DNA from: Veleropilina oligotropha
Lineage: Eukaryota
DNA length: 64,000 nt
Assembly (NCBI GenBank): GCA_048128005.1
Contig: JBEUKZ010000045.1
Coordinates: 62,001-126,000 of the forward strand
Direction: 5' to 3'
This document shows positions 38,192 to 50,874 of the stretch, one piece after another (the stretch's first letter is position 1; each line of letters starts with the position of its first letter). Both the position numbers and the translations under genes were made by a program. The notes below the pieces were generated by a model. The model was not told where the DNA came from and did no database searches. It saw only the letters and a list, made by a program, of their open reading frames with translations.

Positions 38192-41100
38192 CAGCAGCAG
38201 CCCCTCTTTTTCGGTTACATTCCAGGCACGTTAAGCGCACGTTGTCGCGGATGTGGCCCCTGCTGTTGTCCACACGGTCGACACTGAACTGCTGTGTGTC
38301 TTTCGGGGCATATGCCCAGAGCAGCTCTATGTCGCATGCTGCGCAGAGGTTGTTTTGGGCTTCTTTGAGCTGCAGGATGTCCTCGACCTTGAGGTTAAAT
38401 CCCTGGAGTCCCTTTGCCTGGTCCTGGCGTTTGTATGCCACAAGCTTTTTCTGCGTGGTCTTTCGGAGCTGCTGCTCAGTTTGGGGGGGCTGTCCTCAGA
38501 ACCCTCATCCGGAGGACAGGTTACCTGTTCGAGCTGATGCAGATACTCCACCCGGGACATGGCTAGGTAGGCCAGATTACTCCACTGACGGTAGTCGTCG
38601 ATGATCCAGACTTTCTGTGGGTCGTGAATCGTAAGACCCTGGCTCGAATGGATGGTGAGAGCATAGCCCAGGCGCCAATCCGGGGTCAGGATAGCCCGCT
38701 CAGCGGCCTCAATCGTGACCTCAACGACGTCGTTGAGAACTAGCTGTTCGCTGCGCGCTGTGCCGGGAATGGTTACAGCAACATTCTGCTTCCTGCTGTC
38801 CTTGGGGTGATACAGGATAGGCACCTGGGAATCTGGGAAATTGTCCTTGTGCCTCTGGAGCAACAGCTCTTGAGCCCGTTCGCGGACCTTCTGACGGCTG
38901 GTGAGGATTAGGTCACCAGGTTTCCAGGTTTGGACAAACCGGTCCCAGCCAAGGCAGCAGGGGAGATTCTTACGCATTTCCTGGCACTGGACTTTGTCGG
39001 GCTGGAGACGGATACGCCTTTTCAGGGCTTGGAGGGCATGGTCGTCTTTCGCCCTGTAGTCTACTTCGACCTCTTCATAGTAGTCCGCGGTCTTTCGCAG
39101 CCAATCGTGCGGCATCTCCCCCGTAATCGTTGGTGGCTGGCCCTGGTCCCCACAGCAGATAACCTGAACTTCGTGGTGGCCCAGCCAGTCCAAGAACATC
39201 TCGAGGATATGCCTGGGAACAGTACAGACCTCGTCCCAGATAATGACGCGGGGGATGAACTTCTGACCCATGCGATCAGGCGTCCAGTCGTTCTGACCGC
39301 TCCATCGGAAGAAGCTGTGGTAGGTCTGGGCTTTGGCACCCCTGGTCCGCATTTCTTTAGCGAGGCGGTGGGTTGGCGTGAACACAATCGGATTTCTTGC
39401 CCGAAAGAGCTCGATCGCTCTCGTAGTCTAGCCACAGCCCCCTCCACCGTTGAGGTAACTCAGGCGATGGTGGGTCAGTGTGTCATTGTAGCATGGCGCG
39501 GTGCTTGGCTGGCTGGAATTGGCGGCACAACAATACTCTGGCTTGGGCAGGTATGCGTCATGTTCCTGTGGCATATACAGCTGTTCGCCCTTGTCACGCC
39601 ACTGGGCCGGTGCTACTGGCGGAAGGTACGTCTCCCCGATCAGACAGGAGATGCACGATTTCTCGCCACAGTCGCAGAGTTGGGGGGCAACGTACGCCTT
39701 GACATCGTCGAGCTTCTCCAACGAGGCCTTCTTGAGGTAGATGCTGTCAGTGGCCAGTCGGACAGCCTCCTCAGGGGTGAAACGCTGAAGCATTGAGAGG
39801 AGGTGTATGTGGGCATAAGCCAGCATCGATGCCCTCAGGTGGGTGTACTGTGGCTGCGAGCCATCATAGTACGTGAGGATGTGCATAGGGCACCTTTGAG
39901 GTGCGCCGACCAGGGTGCCGCTTTGGCGGGTGTCTCTTACCATGAAGTCAAGCTCTCCCTGGTCAATCACAAGCCTTCGTGTCAATCTTTTGCCATCAGC
40001 TTTGCTGCCCTGAGTAAATTTGCCGATGATGCTGCAGCCCTGGTCACGGTTCTCAGGAAGCCAGACATCGGTCTGCTTTTTGACTGCGATGATGGCTTCT
40101 CGGATCTTGAGGCTTTTTAGCAGTCCAGATTATATGAGGAAGGCGAGCAGCGGGGTTGGTGCCCAGCTTTTCTCTGCAAGGTGCTTTCCAAACCAGGCGG
40201 GAATGGTGGGGTGGATTTCTTGTGCAAACTCCCATTCCACGACCTCGGCAAAGCCAGTACCGATTTCTTGGGGAAGAGGACCGTTAATTGCGACCCGAGT
40301 CATGCTGTGGGTTGGGTGTCCGAATCTTTCGAAGTACGTCTTAGCCTCGCCCTTCCCCTGAAAGCTAGCAGGGTAGCAGGCTTTCATATCGAGGCAGACG
40401 ATATCTCTCGTATCATAGCTCATGGAATTCCAAAGGCCACCATGACCATGCTGTACGCAGGCCTTCTGGATATCATCGAGCAGGCTGGCTGGGGTAGGTT
40501 TCCAGCCGTTGTTCTCTTTGGCCATAATGCTAGCTGCATGGTTCTCGCCAAAGGCTCGATCGGCAATAGACTCATTCCCCAGAGCCTTACAGGCTTCCTG
40601 AAGAGCGGTGTGAGTCTCTTTCGTCCTGTAAGTGCGGCCGTCTTGCAGCACGAACTGGTCCACGTTGAGCTGTCGGTCTTTACCGCCAAGAAGCCAGACA
40701 GCTAATGGCTCATTACGTGTGGCTTGTCGGATAGCTTCCCAAACATCGCCCTCATACAGGTGGATCGCGCGGGACTGTGGGAAATGAAGGTCCTTGGGCC
40801 AGGCGTGGCCGTTGTGGCAGATGAGTTCGACTTTACCTCTCACCCCGTTGCCACCAAACTGGTACTTCCCACTGTTGTAGATGTCCTCGCCAGCAATGTC
40901 TCTCAAGATAATCGCCCGTTTGAGGATCCTCTCCAGTTGGGCCACATCGTCGACGGAAGCTCCTGTTTCATGAACTCGCTCTTCCCACTCCTGTACTTTC
41001 TGCCGCCTTGTTGGAGTTAGTCCGTTTCCTCTCAGGGCACCTTCGAAGTGCTCAACCACTCTCTGGGCAACGCAGTTGAGATCGCCGTTCTTCATTGGAA

Positions 41101-41905
41101 CCAGGTTGGCGGGGTTTGGTTCTCTGAGAGGGTAGAGGCCATAGACGACTGCAGTGACCGGGTAGGCGTTCTCGTAGTAGACTTTGTCGACCCCAGTTAT
41201 AGCACCTGGCGTAGTGTCATGGGATATCTCAAAGACACCCTGGCCCTTCTTTCTCGCAGCCTTCACCGGGTCAAACTTGTCTTCGATCACCCAGTCGCCT
41301 TGATGCCACTCACGCAAGAACTTTATTCTCAGGACAAACTCGCCCTTTGGGAGGGCTGTGAGGAGCTGTACCGCCCTCGCATCTGTCATACGGGCATCCA
41401 GGGCCAGCCGGCCAGCCCTCGCTTCGATACCGTGTGCGATCTTAATGTCACCGATGTTCTCTACTTCTACCCTCCATGTGGAGAAGGCCGCCGCGGCGCC
41501 ATCGACCTCAAACTCGTCTTTGGCGTCGTTCAAGAGTTCCACCCATGGCTCGTCTGCTGGGAGCCTTACTGGGGGAGGGGCCTGGTCATCCAGGTCGATG
41601 AATTGTTGCCCCTCTGTTGTGGTAAACAGCCCTAGAAGATCATTCTGGTAGTCCTGGGCTGTCCGGGGGATTTTGGAGAGGGGAATTGGGTCAAATTCCT
41701 CAACGGCCTTCCGTTTTCTCTCCGTTTGGTGCTGGCGCTGTGGAGGGGTTTTAATCGCAGCGCGTGGAACCAGAGGCTTCGACAAGCGCTCTTTCACTTC
41801 TTCCGGAATAGGTTCATCTAGAATGTTACGAACCACATCCCGGCGAGTTTCAGATGCTTGCATGTCTGCGAGCAGTTGGTCTATGTAGTCATCCATAGTC
41901 GCCAT
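38181..41905 (-). pseudogene. Fused replicase: N-terminal region, vOTU-like protease, degenerate PolB, Cys4 cluster, SF1B helicase, HNH/EndoVII nuclease (~1240 aa)
   Basis: ORFs 40130-41905, 39428-39985 and 38327-39385 share one frame, separated only by TAA (40130-32) and TAG (39428-30); frameshift in the G7 run at 38483-38489 joins 38181-38441. Motifs: DLNC...CHNGH, CLDMKACYPAS, SIIGKF, LATDSIY, GGGGCG*TT, FTPTH, IIWDE, GDQGQ, YALTIHSSQGLT, YLAMSR, CAAC...SVDRVDNSRGH...NVRLTCLECN. Confidence 0.85.
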
Positions 41906-41953
41906 GTTGCTGGATGGGTATACACTACACCAAGCATTCCTCTAATAGGAAAT

Positions 41954-42229
41954 TTACGTGTGGTAAATCGCAGCCATGCGGAGAAACTCTCTCTGGAAGG
42001 CCCTTTTCTTTCGTCCCCAGTCCTTAACGTCCTCATTCTGATACCCACAACCCCGGCACAACGTAAACCGGTTGAAAACACCCTTCCCGCATTTGCTGCA
42101 GGGTTTTGTGCCCCGGCCCTGCCGCCGTTGCCGAGCCAGGTGGACTTTGCAAAACTCTCTCAGACAACTCTTACCGCATAGCTCCGTGGAGCTTATGGTG
42201 AGCCATTGACAGGTGTCTGTGCCCTTCAT
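41954..42229 (-). CDS. Small basic zinc-finger-like viral protein, 91 aa
   Basis: C-x10-C-x3-C-x4-C-x2-H followed by CSKC...CRGC; first ORF inside the right TIR. Confidence 0.65.
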   Translation of the reverse strand: MKGTDTCQWLTISSTELCGKSCLREFCKVHLARQRRQGRGTKPCSKCGKGVFNRFTLCRGCGYQNEDVKDWGRKKRAFQREFLRMAAIYHT

Positions 42230-42289
42230 CGTATCCTTTGCAGTGGGTATACCCGTTGCAATGGGTATGTCTAAAAGAGAGCCCGGGCC

Positions 42290-42582
42290 GGCGAGGGTAA
42301 CGGGCCGTCCCTACGGGCTCTTACTACCAGCTCTGTTCAAACGGGCGTGGGGGTGGCCCCCGGGCCCAAATAGACTATTCTAAGCTACCCGAGTTTCGGA
42401 CGGCGCTGGGAGGCTCTTACTACATACCCCATGCCAAATAGAGCACATTTATTCTGAACAGGTGCTGGGAGCCTTCTTTTCCCATTCTAAAAAGTCCAAT
42501 CACCCCCCCTGCTGCTGCTGCTTTTATGCCGGAAAAACTGCCCCTATTAGAGTGCATTCACCCCCCCCCCCCCCCTGCTGCT
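42290..42582 (-). repeat. Right terminal inverted repeat of the viral element
   Basis: Reverse complement of 27453-27740; ends CTGCTGCT followed by TSD AACCG. Confidence 0.95.
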
Positions 42583-45500
42583 AACCGGATATAATCAGGT
42601 AGATAAAATCATAATGCATGTATTACTTCAAAATGATATCTGATTACTACTCACCTGACAACACACCTACTAAATTGCAATAAAGCCATTTTAATATTTT
42701 GAATATCATTCGACTTTATTAAGAAATAATTGTCTATTTTATTATATTGAATAGCACTCACTTTTCATGCATATACCGAAATAAAATGTATTTACTTTAT
42801 CCATACATATATTAATTTCAACGAAAATATTATAATTTATTTATTTATTTCCAATGGAAATAATATATTTAAAATGACAATAAATAATTTATTTTCAAAT
42901 GAAGATATGCAATTTTCAACTAATACAACATAAAAATTTTAATTGATATATATTTTAATATATCCATTAGTACATGAGTAGTTTATTTTCATAATAATAG
43001 ACAGGGCCACCGGCTCATTGTACAGAGTCACAATAATTTACAAGTCTGATTAACCAGAGGAGGTACGAAATACAAAGTATTAAGTCGATTATTCATCTTG
43101 CGTAATTGTGTATGGTATCCCATCTGTGAACCGGAAACAAAATGTATTTTAATTAAAAATTGATGAATGATTTTGCAAAACTTCGATTTTATTTCTCATA
43201 CAAATGTGGTGCACTTACCTATCCCATGAATATACATGTACATTGTATTTTGATCTGTGGATATAACTCTGTTCATAAGGACAGATTAGTTTAGGCACTA
43301 GAAACAAACAGTAAAATGTAACTGTCTCAACATACATTCACCTATGTATTCGATTTATGTTCCATTTTTTCAGGAACCTGCGCCAAAAAGAAATTGGCCT
43401 CTACCGATAGCCATGCCAGATACCTCAGATTCGGATTGATCAACCCTTTGTATTATGTTTATAAAAACATGTATAAATATTATTTTCACATCCTATATTC
43501 TCGTCAGTTTATTCAAGCAAACGCCTCAATAAATACTCGCATATACAGCATCCATGCACTCCATAGTTTTAATTGTGGTTATAAATGTTTATAACGAACG
43601 AAGATCGTCCTATAGATTAGGGACATGACCACAATATCTACACATACCTGTGCATATCCTTGCAACTTGAACCGGATGGTCACGAATTGACCACTGCGCA
43701 AACTCCAGTCAGCCATGTATCGAATGTTTTTTGTTCACCACTCGATCTCGTTGATCTATTTTTATTGGAGTACCAATATCTCGCAATATCGAGATATGCA
43801 AAACAACGTAATTATGAGACAACGGCCGATTTTAAACTTCAAATTGTCCAAGTACAATAACACTAATAACGCGACAAATTGATATAAACCCATTACTCTC
43901 ATCTATGCATATCTTTTTTGCTACAATAATGGCGTGATGTTTTGAATAATTGTGACGTCGGCGAAAATGCGTAGCTAAGCAACAACGGGTGACGTCGCGG
44001 AATAGGTGTAGTTTTTAACAAGTGACGTCAGAGAATGTGCGTAGCAACAATGTGCGATGTCGCGGAATGGGTGTCGGCTTACACTAGACGTTATGAATAA
44101 AAGACGTGTTTCAAAATTAAGCAAACATTACATCGCAGGGTACGGATGTATAATCTCTATTCTGCGTTCGTATCTAGGTGCTACCTACAACATATTATAT
44201 TATAACGAACGAAGTTCGTCCTATAGATTAGGGACACAACCACAATATCTGCACATACCTAGCTCTGCATACCTTGCAACTTGAACCGGATGGTCACGAA
44301 TTGACCACTGCGCAAACTCGAGTCAGCCATGTTTCGAAGGAAATTCGGTATTTTTACGACAACGGCCGATTTTAAACTTCAAATTATCCAAGTACAATAA
44401 CATTAATAACGCGACAAATTGATATAAACCCATTGCTATCGTCATAAGTATCAACACTGATTAATCACGTGTTCCGGTTTGCAGATGTTTTACTCAAGGT
44501 CACTTTAACCTTATGCAACCGGTGACCGACCCTGGCCGCTCTCTTAAAAGGTATGTACTTACCTTATCACGAGATAAGATTGCTTTCAATCTTATCTGTA
44601 TACAATAACAATGGCCCACGATGAAAAAGACCGGTATTTGTCACCACCCTGCATGAATGTAATGTGATATCATAGGGATTATTCTAATCCCCATGGCTGC
44701 AACATTTACTGTCTCTTTCATCCAATTAAATACTAATATGTTATCCCGTTAATTATATATCTGTCAACGCGACATTTAATTATTGTGCCTGTCGTATATC
44801 TGCAATAATAAGCGATGCAGTTCGCTTGACACTATTACATACATAAATTTGAATTCACTTGACTTGGATAACTAGCAGGATGGATAGTCGTCGTCCAGTT
44901 GAGCCAGTCAACTCTGACGGCCGATCTGAATAGATGCCGTATGGAACATTAGCCCAGTCCCGCCGCCACTCGATCTGCGCCCCATGCGCAGGCCTCTTTA
45001 AGTAATCTAACAAAAACGATGTTTCCCACCCGAACACGTTTCTTCATAGTGAAAACTTATAAAATGTCTGCTTCTCAACAACGCTGAAACAACGTGAATG
45101 TGTTTATTTCAACGTTGTATCAACGTATTTTAATACAGTTAAATACAGTATCCATCATGATCCGCACACAGCTCTACACATGCACCTATACCGAGGATAC
45201 ATGATGCAATGCATATATCATACATACTAGTATTATATACAACTGGGTCACTACTTGCACACTAGGTTTTCAGAGAATAATTGCAGCGTCGAACAAGACA
45301 AGTAATCCTTTGTATAATAAACAAGCGCATCCGAGAGGAAGCATAGTTGAGCCATAATAAAGTCAGCGTTGGACATACACCACCACACAGACAGACACAC
45401 AGACAGCCTCAATACAATAGTTTCTCCGTAAACGGCTCAACTAATAATGTGCAACCATCGTGAAACATGACTCTATGTTTATGCAAACGGTTTTAAGATA

Positions 45501-48500
45501 TCCAAGTTATGGCCATGTAACTTAACAACCCTGGTAAAATTACCGACGTTACACAACAATTGAGCACTATCTGATGTTCGAGAAGTAACCCTGCCAGACA
45601 TTGACGCTCGGATCACGACTACAGTGTGTAAAACGTTGATAAAGCGGTCCTAGAATATACAATACAGTCGCATAATATACAATACAATTAGTGTTGCCAC
45701 TGTCAGCATGTTCATATATAATTATCCCAGCTAACAATTGCACGTTGTCACCACGTTGCTCCATCGTTGTGGCAACGTTGCATTTCTACGTTGAGGCAAC
45801 GTGATTTTGTATGGAGGCAATGACGTGGTCACAACGTGGCGAAGTAACGTTGAAATTTTACATTCCTACCACGTTTAGAGCACCATAACCAATCAATTAT
45901 GAATTTGAATATATTAGACCCTGCAGAATTATGTGCTAATTTTCATCAAATTATGCAAAAATTAAACAGCATATTATGCACTCAGATCAATGAAATTATG
46001 CAATAATATGCACACAAATTAATGAAATTATGCAATAATATGCACCAAATTAATGAAATTATGAAATATAATGCAAATAGGTGTTTTACGAAGTCAAACG
46101 AAAGTGTTTCACTAATAAAATCTGCTTGAACTTATCATTTATTTGGAAATTTATAGGATTATGTCATGTTATTGCAGAAAAATGATAAATGATGCGCAAA
46201 AAACATTGCGATTATGCGGTCTCTTCTAAATTATGCGAAAATGATAGATAGGTCGCTTTGACAGCTGTGTGGTATCGGTTATAGACTCTGAAAAATCATC
46301 GGCTTTATTCCGCTAACGCGAACAGTATGGTACGCGTGTTCAAACCTCGGCTGGGGCATCACACACTTGTTAAAGTTAAGAATAACAGTTGTCCGTAACT
46401 GGTCAGAGAGAACAGGTTTCTCCGGGTGACCGGGATTTCCTCCCGCGATAATATCCTGCTTTGAACCAAATAATGGTTGGAAATATACAGGACATTAAGC
46501 ATCGATCCTTTCCTTTCCTTGACGAACGCAAAATATAGATATTATACACATATAAAAATTATGAAATCTGTACCCTGCGATGTCTTCTTTTTGAAACGCG
46601 TCTTTTATTCATAACGTCTAGTGTAAGCTGGAACTTGTGATGTCACTGGCACCCAATCCGCGACGTCATGCATTTTGCTAGGCATATTCCCTGACGTCAC
46701 TTGTTCAAAACTTAACGCCATTTCGCAAAATATATGCACATAGTAATGAGTTTATATCAATTTGTCATATTATTATCATTTCAACAAGCAAAACGTTTGA
46801 TACATGGCTGACTCGGGCATGCGCAGTGGTCAATTCGTGACCATCCGGTTGAAGTTGCAAGGTATGCACAGGAATGTCTAAATAATATGGTCATGTCCCT
46901 AATCTATAGAACGATCTTCGTTCGCGCTTTTGCGCGAACTGTGTTCGTTATAAATGTTTAGAACCACATTTAAAACTATGGAGTGCATGGATGATGTATA
47001 TGCGAGTATTTATTGAGGCGTGTGCCTGAGTAAACTGACGAGAATATAATTATATAGGATGTGAAAATAATATTTTAGATTAACAATATTTTATTCAGTT
47101 TAGCATTAAGAGCAAACATATTGTCGATATTACAAAGAATAATATATGATATCGGAAAAAAGTAATATGTAACAAAAATGTGGCGATTCGAAAACAGGAC
47201 TAAGCCTATGTGAATCGTTTCGCCAAAAATAATATTTATACATGTTTTTATAAACATAATACAAAGGGTTGATCAATCCGAATCTGAGGTATCTGGCATG
47301 GCTACCGGTAGAGGCCGATTTCTCTTTGGCGCAGGTTCCTGAAAAAATGGAACATAAATCGAATACACAGGTGAATATATGTTGAGACAATTACATTATA
47401 CTGTTTGTTTCTTGTGCCTAACTAATCTGACCTTATGAACAGAGTTATATCCACAGATCAAAACACAATGTACATGTATTTTCATGGGATAGGTAAATGC
47501 ACCACATTTGTATGAGAAGTAAAATCGAAGTTTTACAAAATCATTCATCAATTTGTAATTAAAATACATTTTGTTTCCGGTTCACAAATGAGATAACATA
47601 CACAATCACGCAAGATGAATAATCGACTTAATACCTTGTATTTCGGACCTCCTCTGGTTAATCGACTTGTAAATTATTGTGACTATGTACAATGGGCCGG
47701 TGGCCCTGCCTTTATTATTATGAAAATAAACTACTCATGTACTAATGAATATATTAAAATATATATCAATTAAAATTATTATGTTGTATTAGTTGAAAAT
47801 TGCATATCTTCATTTGAAAATAAATTATTTATTGTCATTGCAAATATATTATTTCCATTGGAAATAAATAAATTATAATATTTTTGTTGAAATTAATATA
47901 TGTATGGAAAAAGTAAATACATTTTATTTCGGTATATGCATGAAAAGGGAGTGCTAACAGCTATTCAATATAATAAAATAGACAATTATGTCATAATAAA
48001 GTCGAATGATATTCAAAATATTAAAATGTCTTTATTGCAATTGAGTAGGTGTGTTGTCAGATGAGTAGTAATCAGATATCATTTTGAAGTAATACATGCA
48101 TTATGATTTTATCCGCCTGATTATCCGGTGAGTTGTAAACTAGTAACCAGGAAATGTTTTCTTGGTATAAATAGTCAGCGTTATAAGAAACTATTGCCCT
48201 TAAATGAGCTCTTTTTTCCTTGAAAAGAACAATAACCACATTACACTTTTTGTTTACAAGTTAACACAAAATGTTAGGAATTTTCATCTCTCAACTTTTG
48301 ACAGTAATTTACCACCGTTTAAATAAATCTGTAATAATAATAATAATTGGAGATTTATATCGTGCTGTATCCATATTATATATATGCTCGCAGACGCTGT
48401 CACAATGTAATGAATATTTAAAAATAATTAAAGACGATCCACGTTTAAATACCTCGCACAGAGTGACATTTCCAATTGACATAGTTGGAACACAGTTGCG

Positions 48501-48850
48501 TAGGTTTCTGCTTGTCAAGTAAGCTAGATTTCTACTTGACAAAATATATATTGTCTAGTTACAATAATTTCAATAAATGTCTATCATTTGATAATATATC
48601 GATCATATCTTCGCGAAATGTGCATCAATCTGAGCGAACCGTACAATAGAGAGCGATCAGTCATGCTACACAGTCACGAAAATAATGCATTTACGGGCAA
48701 TAGTATCCTTAATGTCATATGTTTTATTTATATATTATTTTGGCTTGTTAAAGCACATATTATAAAGTTGGTGCGAAACCTCTCAGGTAATTGTTAGCAT
48801 GGGGCGAACTTGATTGAGGCGAAACCTCCAAAAACCTTAATGAACGTTGA

Positions 48851-49280
48851 CAGGTTGGGGAGAAGTCACTTTTCGAGATATATATCCCGATCGGGATATA
48901 TATCTCAATCAGGATATAAAATATATTCCGATCGGGAAATACAATTTTGAAAATCGTTTTATCCAGTCAAATAACAAAAATCTGGCAAATGTAAGTATAT
49001 GAGAGCCAATATAAGTAAATATTGCTTTGAAATTGAGCCTCGATGGTCCTTAACTTCACGGCAAACATTTTTGTTGTTTTTTTCGCCGTTAGATTAAGGA
49101 CCAGTACGGCATCATTTGATAACATTATTGACTTGCATAGCCTCGCATATAATTACATTTGCCAGATTTTTGTTATTTGACTGCAAAAAACTATTTTCAA
49201 AATTGTATATCCCGAACGGGATATATTCTATATATCCCGATTGCGATATATATCCCGAAAAGTGACTTCTCCCCAACCTG
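48851..49280. mobile_element. Foldback MITE (hAT-like CAGG termini); counterpart at ~26299-26725
   Basis: CAGGTTGGGGAGAAGTCACTTTTCG ... CGAAAAGTGACTTCTCCCCAACCTG with internal ATATCCCG repeats. Confidence 0.7.
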
Positions 49281-50874
49281 AACCTGGTTGAGTTTAAATC
49301 AACCTTAATTGATTTGAGTTTTCCCCATATCTGAAAATAAACATGCCTGCATGAGTATGGACATGAGCTGTGAATCACTTCATACAATGACTCGAATATC
49401 GCCCACAAATGAATATTCCAGCTATGCGTGATATTTGAAGCAATCTCCTCGCATGATGTTGTGGTAGCTATACGCTCAAGGACACACATCAGGAACGATA
49501 ACTATCTGCATGGAAATTGATTTATGCACATTATTCAGTAAAACATAATATTGGGATATAACAACAATTATTAATCATTGTATATAACTATTAATCTGTT
49601 AATAAGCACCTTTCTGTTCAGTGTGAGTTCCAAACAGAGGATCCGACAGCTTTTTAAATCCACGTACGTGTTTCCTTTGTTCGAAAAGGCCGCCACGATC
49701 AATTAATTGCACGGTCAGATCGTCACTATATATCACATGTAATTTTCTTTTTAAATAAATGTTTCTTTGTATTTCAGGAGATCGCATGACGACATAAAAG
49801 ACTTATGAAGGTGTGGACCCATACATTTCGACTAATAAATTATTAAATAATAGGTACTTCCGATACATCACATAAAATAAAAATGTTTCTATTTTTAAAA
49901 AATGTTTCATAATTTAATCGAATCCCATTGTTTATTTCACTAAGTAGCATGTGCTTGTGGATACCGTTTCGTATATATTTCGCAACTGTATCAACTATAG
50001 TATACGATTGTAGGCCTACTTCTGAGGATAACGAACTTGTATTTACAGCAGTTCACAAAATTGTGCAATCATTTTTTATCTGTAATAACAAATTTCATTT
50101 GCAAACACAAATGTATTCATGTATTATTTGTTGTCAAAATTGTTTCCATTACTCTTTTCTATGCCCGTAGCCCGTACATTGATTATTTATATTGCATCGT
50201 TTATAGTTACAAATTTAGCTATAGCCATGTGTAGACATCGTTTATCATATTCATTCACCTTTTTATATAACCAGTAAATTGTGCTCTCATGGTATTTTAT
50301 TGTATTAAAAGTTTGGGATGTTCGTCGATCCATGTGCATTATACCAATAAAATATAATATGAACTTTTATGGATTATTCATTTGGACCATTCATTTACCT
50401 TATTATATAACAAGAATATTGTGCTCTCATGGTTTTTTATTGTATTAAAAGTTTTGGCTGTTATGTATTATTACGTAATAAAAATAATTCACGTTTATCG
50501 TGTTATTTATTTCCCATTACATAGAATATATATTTTGATCATACACAAACACAATTACTTGGGGTGTTTCTTTCATGTATTGTATTAAGGGATTACGCAT
50601 TTCATTAATCCGTACAATTGTTGTTTCGGTGATTAGTTGTTAAATGCGAGACGATGCCGCATCCATGTTGTACCCGTATATATATATAGGCTATAATATA
50701 TAAATATTTGGGTAGGTGTAATAATAATATATAAGTACTTTTAATTAATAATAATAATATAATTACAATTTTATTATTAAATATTTGACAATAAGATTTG
50801 TAAAACGCATTTTTGTGGTATTTTATGGTATTATTATCAGTCGGGTCGTTCAATCACACACCATATCATTATAG

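Larger units (their letters stand above)
27453..42582. mobile_element. Endogenous Polinton-like virus (adintovirus/MELD-type), full length between TIRs, partly pseudogenised
   Basis: Inverted termini AGCAGCAGGGGGGGTGAATGCACTCT... / ...AGAGTGCATTCACCC(n)CTGCTGCT; AACCG duplicated at 27448-27452 and 42583-42587; compact intronless GC-richer ORFs for MCP, penton, ATPase, integrase and PolB-helicase. Confidence 0.95.
25416..44150 (+). repeat. Left arm of giant inverted repeat (25416-27452 plus 42583-~44150), split by the viral insertion
   Basis: Collinear reverse-complement match to 46560-49695 and 54330-54800. Confidence 0.88.

Noticed and set aside
39428..39430. Programmed stop readthrough or alternative genetic code
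   Set aside because: The two stops differ (TAA, TAG), each is one substitution from the expected codon (GAA, AAG), and TAG/TAA terminate other genes normally; nonsense mutation is simpler.
38253..41888. Plus-strand ORFs such as 38930-39796, 40181-40705 and 41048-41635
   Set aside because: Antisense shadows of the GC-rich replicase; no motifs.
27453..42582. Bacterial contamination or prophage
   Set aside because: Has TIRs, a TSD matching an empty eukaryotic repeat site, an RVE integrase and Polinton-type capsid genes.
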